Shown here piece by piece: positions 26,380-33,480 of a stretch of 33,480 bases of DNA. How positions within the stretch are numbered: the first letter of the stretch is position 1; each line of letters begins with the position of its first letter. The position numbers and the translations under genes are program-made. The stretch comes from Euryarchaeota archaeon TMED99. GTDB taxonomy: Archaea > Thermoplasmatota > Poseidoniia > Poseidoniales > Poseidoniaceae. The notes under the pieces are model-generated. The model was not told the origin of the DNA and searched no databases. It saw only the letters and a program-made list of their open reading frames with translations. The stretch covers positions 13,042-46,521 of the forward strand of contig NHFA02000036.1 in NCBI GenBank assembly GCA_002170315.2, read 5' to 3'.

Positions 26380-27921
26380 ATGTGCGGCATCATTGGAATC
26401 GTAGGACGTAACAATGTCCATGTCAACCAATTGATCTATGATGGACTTACCGTGCTTCAACATCGAGGCCAAGATGCTGCTGGAATCATGACTGATTTTG
26501 AGGGCCAATTCCGACTACGCAAGTCCAAAGGGCTCGTTTCCGACATTTTTTACACCCGCCATATGCGTCGACTTCAAGGCCACATTGGTATAGGACATGT
26601 AAGGTATCCAACTGCAGGTTCATCTTCTCGTTCAGAAGCACAGCCTTTCTATGTCAATTCTCCTTATGGCCTTGGCCTTGCGCACAACGGAAACTTGACC
26701 AATGCATCACAACTTCAAGTGCAATTGACTGATCATCATCATCGTCATATGAATACGACCAGTGATTCAGAACTCTTGTTGAATATGCTCGCTGTTGAAT
26801 TGAGCAGTAACTCATCCAACCTCTCCATTGAAGGTGCCCCTCATCTCGATATTGAAACGGTCTTTAGCGCCGTTCAAAACCTCCACAAGCGGGTTGAAGG
26901 GAGTTATGCCTGCGTCTCAATTATTTCTGGATATGGATTGTTGGCATTCAGAGACCCTCATGGCATTCGCCCTCTCATTTTTGGCAAGCGAGAAGTTGGC
27001 GATGAAACAGAATGGATGGTCGCCAGTGAATCAGTCGCTATCACTGCACTTGGTTTTGAAATCGTTCGTGATGTCCAACCTGGTGAAGCAATTTTCATCT
27101 CTACTTCAGGTCATCTCTTCCACCGTCAATGTTCAGAAAAAGTCGAAGCCTCACCTTGTATCTTTGAACATGTTTACTTTGCACGACCAGATTCAGTCAT
27201 CGATGGAATTTCCGTCTATCATGCACGTCTCAACCAAGGTGATGTTTTAGCAAAGCGAATTCTTGAGCAATGGCCAGACCATGACATTGATGCAGTGATC
27301 CCAGTTCCGGATTCGGGTCGTATTGCTGCCCTTCAGATGGCCGACGCCCTTGATGTTCCTTATCGTGAAGGCTTTGTGAAGAACCGCTATGTTGGTCGAA
27401 CATTTATCATGCCAGGGCAAGCATTGCGAGAAAAATCAGTACGTCGTAAACTCAATGCCATCGAGCATGAATTTTCTGGAAAAAATATTCTTCTTGTCGA
27501 TGATTCAATTGTCAGAGGAACGACAAGTGCCCAGATTATCGAAATGGCTCGAGACGTGGGTGCAAAGAAAGTCTATTTCGCTTCAGCAGCACCTCCAGTA
27601 AGGCATCCGAATGTCTACGGCATCGATATGCCCGCAATTACAGAATTTATTGCCAACGGTAAATCAGTTGATGAAATTAATACTCTTATAGGCAGTGACC
27701 GACTCTTTTACCAAACGCTTGAGGATTTAATTCAAGCGACTTCTATTGGAGAAAATCCACCCTCCCGATTCGATACCAGTTGTTTCAATGGTGAATACGT
27801 CACTGGAAATATCGACGATGCTTATCTTGAGAACCTCTTCAATTCCCGTAACGATTCGGCTAAAAAAGAATCAAGCGAGGACGATGAAATCGTTGATATG
27901 CATAACGATACGGCTGATTGA
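26380..27921 (+). CDS. purF: Amidophosphoribosyltransferase (E. coli-type, no Fe-S)
   Basis: MCGI Ntn start, [44 protein letters not shown]. Confidence 0.98.
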   Translation: MCGIIGIVGRNNVHVNQLIYDGLTVLQHRGQDAAGIMTDFEGQFRLRKSKGLVSDIFYTRHMRRLQGHIGIGHVRYPTAGSSSRSEAQPFYVNSPYGLGLAHNGNLTNASQLQVQLTDHHHRHMNTTSDSELLLNMLAVELSSNSSNLSIEGAPHLDIETVFSAVQNLHKRVEGSYACVSIISGYGLLAFRDPHGIRPLIFGKREVGDETEWMVASESVAITALGFEIVRDVQPGEAIFISTSGHLFHRQCSEKVEASPCIFEHVYFARPDSVIDGISVYHARLNQGDVLAKRILEQWPDHDIDAVIPVPDSGRIAALQMADALDVPYREGFVKNRYVGRTFIMPGQALREKSVRRKLNAIEHEFSGKNILLVDDSIVRGTTSAQIIEMARDVGAKKVYFASAAPPVRHPNVYGIDMPAITEFIANGKSVDEINTLIGSDRLFYQTLEDLIQATSIGENPPSRFDTSCFNGEYVTGNIDDAYLENLFNSRNDSAKKESSEDDEIVDMHNDTAD

Positions 27922-27930
27922 GGCTTTTGA

Positions 27931-28860
27931 ATGACGCAGCAATCATGGATTCTTCGCTTCGGAGAATTAGGTCTCAAATCCAAAGTAGTTCGGCGTTCAT
28001 TTCAGCGTTCTTTACGGAAAAACTTGGTGAAACTGGCAGAAAATTCCTCTGTTCCTTTAATTCGTGATCGTTTACGAGATTTTGATGTCATCTACTCCAC
28101 TGCACCTACGGAAGTCGTTGAGGATTTGATTTGCCATGGGCTTGGAGTTGTTGCAATTGACCGTATGGTCGAATTATCATCTGACCCTGACCCTGAACTT
28201 ATTTCCAATATGTTGCTCGAACGCCATGACCGTGTCGGCCAAAAAAGAACATTTGGTGTACGAATAAAACGTCTTGGCAAGAAAGGAGATTGGGATTCCC
28301 AATCTTATGCTCGAGCCCTTGGTGCTGCGTTAATTGAAGCAGATTCATCGTTGTCTGTCGATTTGACGAATCCCGAATGGTGGGTGAAAATAATTCTCGA
28401 ACCATCCGGTGTTTCGTCTATTGAAAAACGAATTCAGGGACCAGGTGGACTACCCACTGGTGTTCAGGGCGATGTATTGGCACACCTCCAAACGAGAGAA
28501 GATGTGATGAGTTCGTTCCTCATCATGCGTCGAGGTTCAAGAATAATTCCGATTATGGATTCGAAACCAGAATTTATCGATTTGCTTCTAAAATGGGACC
28601 CTTTTCTAGGTGTTCGAAGTCGGACGAAGGATGAACGTGGGCAAATGTTTCAGCGGCCAGCCTGGGGAGTTGTAGGGTTGACAATTGACCAGGCTCAACC
28701 GTATATCCAGCGCCGTGAAGGAGCCATTAAAACCACACCACTTTCGACTCTTGAACCTCTCTGCGGTTGGACCGAAAATGAAAAGCAAGCACTGTGGAAA
28801 CATCTTCATGCACCTAGCCAATATCTAGCTCACCCCGATTATACCTCTTGGTTTGAATAA
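27931..28860 (+). CDS. ThiI-like THUMP-domain protein with degenerate PP-loop domain
   Basis: LRFGELGLKS..VRR.F, TFGVRIKR, SVDLTNP and GPGGLPTGVQG match the ThiI N-terminus. SGGxDS is replaced by QTREDV. Confidence 0.8.
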   Translation: MTQQSWILRFGELGLKSKVVRRSFQRSLRKNLVKLAENSSVPLIRDRLRDFDVIYSTAPTEVVEDLICHGLGVVAIDRMVELSSDPDPELISNMLLERHDRVGQKRTFGVRIKRLGKKGDWDSQSYARALGAALIEADSSLSVDLTNPEWWVKIILEPSGVSSIEKRIQGPGGLPTGVQGDVLAHLQTREDVMSSFLIMRRGSRIIPIMDSKPEFIDLLLKWDPFLGVRSRTKDERGQMFQRPAWGVVGLTIDQAQPYIQRREGAIKTTPLSTLEPLCGWTENEKQALWKHLHAPSQYLAHPDYTSWFE

Positions 28861-28915
28861 AATCTCCGAATCAAAGAAGGGATGGGGTTAATTGTCGTAG
28901 GCCCTTCTACGAATC

Positions 28916-30547
28916 ATGCAGAGTACCCATTCGGTGCACATCGCCTTCAAACCCGAGGCAAAAGTGACCGCACTTGGGCTATCTGCAAGTGGTGATTTCG
29001 CAGTATGGGCGGAGGGTGATGGGAAACTTTTCATCGCCCAAGAATCAGAAGGCGTTTTGACACCAGCAACCTCGTGGCAAGCGCCAGCGCTTATTCGCGC
29101 CGTAGTGTTACGCGAGGACCAAATTTTTGTTCTCGATGATGAAATTGGCCTCAGTTGTCTGGGTTTGGGAGGTGAACTTCTGTGGCAAATGGAAATAGGT
29201 GCAGGTGGTTTTTCAGCACAACCACTTCCAAACCAGCTTGCTCTTGTCGATGGATTAGGTCGATTGCATCTGGTCGGTTATGATGGTTCAAAAATCGAAT
29301 TAAGTAAACAATATCAAGACATTTTGCGGACTTCAACGGTTGGGGATTACTTGATTTTAGCACAGGAAAGTGGTGAAGTTCACGCCTTACATAACGGCCA
29401 CTGCGTTTGGTCAAGACCTGTTCGAGGTCAGACGGGAGAGTCGATAACTTGTCTTGGTTCAGATGATAAAAATAATCTTGTTCTTGGAAGGGAAGGTTAT
29501 GCTCTTGTAGCAGGTGATGAGGAGGTTCTTGAGATCGAAATCTGGAATATTGAACAACAACTCCTCCTCCATAGAGTCGATGTGAAAAGCCGGTTACTAC
29601 AATCCATACCTACTGAAAAGGGATTTCTTTGCGGGTTTGATGACGGGCAAGTCGTTGAAGTTCTATCTGATGACTCGTATGGGTTTGAGCCACGTCTTTC
29701 TTGCGGCTACCCAATCCAAAACTTGCTCTTGAGAAATGGCTGCATTGTTGCCTCCGCGTGGTTTTACCTCTATGGATTGGATAGAGAAGGCAGAGAATGG
29801 AAAATCGAGCATCAAGGTATGCCCGACTTGTTAGTGGGAACAGAAGATGGTTCGGTCTGTCTCTTTGCAGGTGAGGACCAGAACGATTGGACGGATGTTG
29901 AACCTGTTGGCTTGTTTTCACTGACCGAAGAGATTTTTCAAATTGATTCTTCGGAACTCAATCTTTGGTTTGAAAAGTCTGAAGAAACGAACCCCTTGTC
30001 GGCCGAAGAAATCTATAGAGAAGATGATGAGATGAATTCTTTCTTTTCCAAAGAGGAGTTGGATTCAATGCAATCCTCACAACCTGCTGATGTTGCAGTT
30101 GAGGCGTTGCACAGTGCTTTAGAAGGTACATTTCTTCCTTCACAACAGGTTGCAGAAGACGGCTCGCTTGATATTGATACGGATGAATTGCTTTCACAAC
30201 TCGATGATGCTATGGCAAAAATGGCGCTTATTCCTTCGGATGATTTGATTGGAGAATTGAATGCCGAAGTGGGGGAAATCATTGTTCCGAGAGCTGTTTC
30301 TGGTGAAGACCAGCACCTCAAAGCCGATGAAGATGGTTCAGCCATTGTTACCCTCGATGGCTCGCAGTCTTACGACCCTCAAGGGCGTATTCAAACATGG
30401 TCTTGGATTGAAAGCAGTGGCAAAGAAATTGCCTCATCTGCGAAAGTTCGAGTCCGCATTGCCCGTGGGAGCCATACTTTTGAGCTGAGAATATGCGATC
30501 GAGACGGACAGTGGTCCAGTGATTCAATCCATATCATGATCGATTGA
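28916..30547 (+). CDS. Beta-propeller (WD40/PQQ-like) protein with acidic linker and C-terminal PKD/Ig-like domain
   Basis: Blade-like repeats (VTALGLSASG, GELLWQ, GHCVWS, ITCLGSD). C-terminal VTLDGSQSYDPQGRIQTWSW...GSHTFELRI.D.DG matches the PKD pattern. Confidence 0.72.
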   Translation: MQSTHSVHIAFKPEAKVTALGLSASGDFAVWAEGDGKLFIAQESEGVLTPATSWQAPALIRAVVLREDQIFVLDDEIGLSCLGLGGELLWQMEIGAGGFSAQPLPNQLALVDGLGRLHLVGYDGSKIELSKQYQDILRTSTVGDYLILAQESGEVHALHNGHCVWSRPVRGQTGESITCLGSDDKNNLVLGREGYALVAGDEEVLEIEIWNIEQQLLLHRVDVKSRLLQSIPTEKGFLCGFDDGQVVEVLSDDSYGFEPRLSCGYPIQNLLLRNGCIVASAWFYLYGLDREGREWKIEHQGMPDLLVGTEDGSVCLFAGEDQNDWTDVEPVGLFSLTEEIFQIDSSELNLWFEKSEETNPLSAEEIYREDDEMNSFFSKEELDSMQSSQPADVAVEALHSALEGTFLPSQQVAEDGSLDIDTDELLSQLDDAMAKMALIPSDDLIGELNAEVGEIIVPRAVSGEDQHLKADEDGSAIVTLDGSQSYDPQGRIQTWSWIESSGKEIASSAKVRVRIARGSHTFELRICDRDGQWSSDSIHIMID

Positions 30548-30585
30548 GGCTCAAGTCTCATGAAGGTGAGTGATGTCGCGAGTTC

Positions 30586-31353
30586 ATGGGCGTCATTGAA
30601 CCATGGGTCGAAACCTTTGTTGTCGGCGTTTTGCAGATGCGCTGCTCAATCGTGACCGATCGTGAAACAGGCGATACCGTCATCATCGATGGTGGAGGTG
30701 AGCCTGACCGAATTATCGATTGGGTCGATGGATTTGATGGCGCTGGCCCTGATTGGTCGAATGGACCTCGTTCTCTTGAAGAAATGAAACAGCAAAAAAT
30801 ACCTGAACGAAAGGTCGTTGCTTTACTCAATACACATGCGCATTTTGACCACAGTGGCCATATTCCAGACCTTCTGGAACGCTATCCAGTCAAATGGTAT
30901 CTTCACCCTGGGGATACCTTTTTGCAGACATTGGCGCAAAAATCTGCCTTACGTTATGGTTTACATCTGCCAGAACCAGCAGTTGCAGATGTCGATTTAA
31001 TCGATGGAGAAGTTCTCGAATTGGGTTCTCTTGGATTTGAAATTCTCCATACGCCAGGACATTCACTTGGGGGCTGCTGTCTGCGTTTGCTGGTCGATAA
31101 CGGAACAGACCATTTGTTCGTAGGCGACACGCTTTTTGCAGGTTCAGTAGGCCGTACAGACATAGCGAACAGTGGCGGCGATTTTACTGTCCTCGCCCAT
31201 TCGATTCATACTCGATTATGGCCCTTAGATCCGGAGACTTTTGTCTATCCAGGTCATGGACCAGTCACAACGATTGGTCATGAAAAAGAGACCAACCCCT
31301 TTGTCGGAGTCGATTCGGGCTCAGGCGTCTTTGGTCGAGGCAAATATGCCTAA
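30586..31353 (+). CDS. MBL-fold metallo-hydrolase (glyoxalase II-like)
   Basis: THAHFDH, HTPGHS, GDTLFAGSVGRTD, YPGHG, TTIGHEK..NPF. Confidence 0.95.
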   Translation: MGVIEPWVETFVVGVLQMRCSIVTDRETGDTVIIDGGGEPDRIIDWVDGFDGAGPDWSNGPRSLEEMKQQKIPERKVVALLNTHAHFDHSGHIPDLLERYPVKWYLHPGDTFLQTLAQKSALRYGLHLPEPAVADVDLIDGEVLELGSLGFEILHTPGHSLGGCCLRLLVDNGTDHLFVGDTLFAGSVGRTDIANSGGDFTVLAHSIHTRLWPLDPETFVYPGHGPVTTIGHEKETNPFVGVDSGSGVFGRGKYA

Positions 31354-32286
31354 TCAAGACATCATTGATGCAAGTGAAGATTGCAAAACAGGCAATGCTT
31401 CTTCCCAAGTTGCTACAATTCCGTAGTCAGCATGTTGGAAAATTGGTGCGTCTGCATCTTTGTTAATAGCAACAATATATTTTGATGAACGCATTCCTGC
31501 GAGGTGCTGAATTGCACCAGAGATTCCAACTGCGATGTAGAGATTTGGATTGACGGTTTTACCAGTTTGGCCAACTTGCATGGAGTGAGGTATTTCGTCC
31601 CACGTATCAACAGCTGCACGAGAAGCGCCGACTGCAGCACCGATTGTATCTGCTATGGCTTCAAGATGTGAGAAGTTTGCAGGAGAACCCATTCCTCGGC
31701 CTCCAGAAACAATGATGTTTGCTTCTGCTACATCAAGTCGAGTTGAAGCACGGGCCATAAACTCCTGAACGGCTGTAGCAACATTTCCAGTTGTATCAAC
31801 AACCGAGACATCACCTGAACCACCGCTGCCTGATGAATCAAACACGTTTGGACGGACAGATACCACTGCATCGCCAGTTAGACTGACTGTTTGCATTGCT
31901 TTACCGGAGTAAATTGGTGAAGTTAAGTTTCCACCTTCGATCTTCACGACGTCTTGGACAACAGAAATACCTCTTCGTGCAGCCAGTCGAGCAGCGAGGT
32001 CTTTCGATTGTGGAGATGCAGATGTTATGAGGACGCCTGCAGGTGCTACAGCATCCAAGGCAGCGGCCCATCCAGCAGCATCATAGTTCGAGAACACATC
32101 TGACTTTGCAGCGATAACCTTTGCAGAACCTGAGAATTGAGCAGCACCATCTGCTACACTTGCATCAGCACATGGAACGATGACGGTAGGTTGTGAACCG
32201 AGTGCATTGGCAGCGGTAATGAGTTCGGATGTTGTAGGGTGGACTGCACCCTTTACGATTTCAGCGATTACTATAGTTTCTGACAT
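31354..32286 (-). CDS. etfA: Electron transfer flavoprotein alpha subunit
   Basis: VSGGRG, VGASRAAVD, QVGQTGK, GISGAIQHLAGM, AINKD. Start MSET after GAGGTGA. Confidence 0.97.
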   Translation of the reverse strand: MSETIVIAEIVKGAVHPTTSELITAANALGSQPTVIVPCADASVADGAAQFSGSAKVIAAKSDVFSNYDAAGWAAALDAVAPAGVLITSASPQSKDLAARLAARRGISVVQDVVKIEGGNLTSPIYSGKAMQTVSLTGDAVVSVRPNVFDSSGSGGSGDVSVVDTTGNVATAVQEFMARASTRLDVAEANIIVSGGRGMGSPANFSHLEAIADTIGAAVGASRAAVDTWDEIPHSMQVGQTGKTVNPNLYIAVGISGAIQHLAGMRSSKYIVAINKDADAPIFQHADYGIVATWEEALPVLQSSLASMMS

Positions 32287-32296
32287 TTCTTTCACC

Positions 32297-33034
32297 TCAA
32301 ATTACATTTGCCTCATCACGGAGGAGTTGTGCGACTTCTGCTGCTGCAGCCCCGCCCTGGTATGATTTACCAGCAGGTTTTGCAGGTGGCATACTGTGAG
32401 ATACAATGGAGATTGTCGATGCTGGAACATCGGCACTGTGGACTTCCACTTTTGCTTTCTTTGCTTGCATGATGCCCTTCACATTTGGCTTTCGAACTTT
32501 CATGTTACCTTTGTCACATGAGACGACAGCCGGAAGCGGCACGTTCACTCGAGCATTGCCGCCAGATGCAGGGGTGACAACCGAGAGTTGGTCTCCAAAG
32601 GAGACACTGGTTGTATTGGACACCGATGACCAGCCAAGGCGCTCAGCCAGTCCTGGACCGGTAGAACCTGCTCCAGTATCTGCGGCGGATTTACCGCAAT
32701 AGACCACATCAGCTCCAAGGCTTGACACTGCTGCAGCAAGAAGAGTTTGAAGTGCATTTGAATCGATTTCAGCGTCGCAATCAATGCGGACAATGTTGTC
32801 AACTCCTATGGCCTTCGCATCTTTGAGAACCTTGTCGGCTCCTGCGCCGCCTACGGTAATTGCGGTAACTTCGCCACCGCTTGAATCACGGTGTTGAAGT
32901 GCAGTCTCAACAGCGAATTCATCGTATGGACTCATCACTTTTTTGACAGCAGAAAGGTCGACTCTATCGCCAGAAAGGACGATTCGAGCATTGGTATCGG
33001 GCACTTGTTTGACGAGGACAATGATGTTAGCCAT
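32297..33034 (-). CDS. etfB: Electron transfer flavoprotein beta subunit
   Basis: VKQVPDT, PYDEFAVE, GKSAAD, RKPNVKGIMQAKK. Confidence 0.97.
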   Translation of the reverse strand: MANIIVLVKQVPDTNARIVLSGDRVDLSAVKKVMSPYDEFAVETALQHRDSSGGEVTAITVGGAGADKVLKDAKAIGVDNIVRIDCDAEIDSNALQTLLAAAVSSLGADVVYCGKSAADTGAGSTGPGLAERLGWSSVSNTTSVSFGDQLSVVTPASGGNARVNVPLPAVVSCDKGNMKVRKPNVKGIMQAKKAKVEVHSADVPASTISIVSHSMPPAKPAGKSYQGGAAAAEVAQLLRDEANVI

Positions 33035-33180
33035 GTGAGAGACGCTCCAGTGAACAAACTTTCCAACTCAAAGAGATTGATGAACGTTTGCACCACCTTT
33101 TTTGGATTATCCATTCATCCTTTGAACAGCTTTAATCCCCAATCAATACGGGGAGTAAGTTAACACCTACTTATCAAAAC

Positions 33181-33191
33181 CTTTCTTAACC
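33181..33191 (+). promoter_or_regulatory. Putative archaeal TATA element (CTTTCTTAACC) for the downstream gene
   Basis: AT-rich box about 25-30 nt before ATG 33215, preceded by AAAAC. A near-identical CCTTCTTAACC lies on the minus strand at 3865-3875 in another divergent intergenic region. Confidence 0.35.
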
Positions 33192-33214
33192 GCCACGCTT
33201 CGCCAATTGAATCC

Positions 33215-33480
33215 ATGAAGCGAAAATCTCCTACCGAACCACCTGCTAAAGATCAAAAAACCCTTGCCTCATGGAGGCTTTTGTTTGAAAGTGAGACCTA
33301 CAAACAGGACCTTGATTCACGTCCAGGAGAAGGAGAGTATGTGTTCGGTTTTGAAATCGAATGGGATGATTTAGAAGAATTTGGGGACCTTCAAGTTGAC
33401 CTTTCTGAAAACTTTGAAGCGACTCTGTTGATCGGAAACCAAGTGCTTAAGGAGCAATATGCAAATCGAAAAATGTCCAC
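33215..33480 (+). CDS. 5' fragment, possibly the N-terminal domain of the MCM helicase
   Basis: Open to the window edge: MKRKSPTEPP...FEIEWDDLEEFGDLQVDLSENFEATLLIGNQVLKE resembles MCM domain A (slxvdxxdLxxFdxxLxxxLxenPxxvL). Only 88 aa are visible. Confidence 0.5.
   Translation, partial: MKRKSPTEPPAKDQKTLASWRLLFESETYKQDLDSRPGEGEYVFGFEIEWDDLEEFGDLQVDLSENFEATLLIGNQVLKEQYANRKMS

Noticed and set aside
33043-33060. ORB-like sequence CTCCAGTGAACAAA upstream of the putative mcm (replication origin?)
   Set aside because: Single imperfect copy with no G-string and no cdc6 nearby; on the minus strand it provides the GGAG SD-like site of etfB.
240-33163. Numerous 60-180 aa antisense or alternate-frame ORFs inside long genes
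   Set aside because: Shadow ORFs with no recognisable motifs, fully overlapping well-supported genes.

Overview
Densely packed archaeal chromosomal DNA. Gene content and style (L10e, L44e-S27e-aIF2alpha-Nop10-PAC2 cluster, ABCE1, archaeal pilin, geranylgeranyl reductase, bacterial-type MutS/MutL, PurF and ETF, GAGGTG Shine-Dalgarno sites) suggest Marine Group II Euryarchaeota (Ca. Poseidoniales); this assignment is an inference. About 33 CDSs and one tRNA-Ser(CGA) are present. S27e, L37e, the tRNA and both edge fragments are absent from the ORF track. No CRISPR array, transposase or integrase was seen. The best candidate for an undescribed system is a tandem pair of paralogous Cas4/AddB-like PD-(D/E)XK nucleases, each fused to two RPA-like OB folds (17745-21381), directly downstream of ABCE1 and about 4 kb from mutS-mutL. 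Other notable points: an ABCE1 that has lost half of its canonical Fe-S cysteines, a Zn-free L44e, an Fe-S-free proteobacterial-type PurF, apparent HemC and ThiI pseudoenzymes, a MutS with a PCNA PIP box, and a triple-SAP-motif protein. All calls come from motif recognition by eye; no database search was run.
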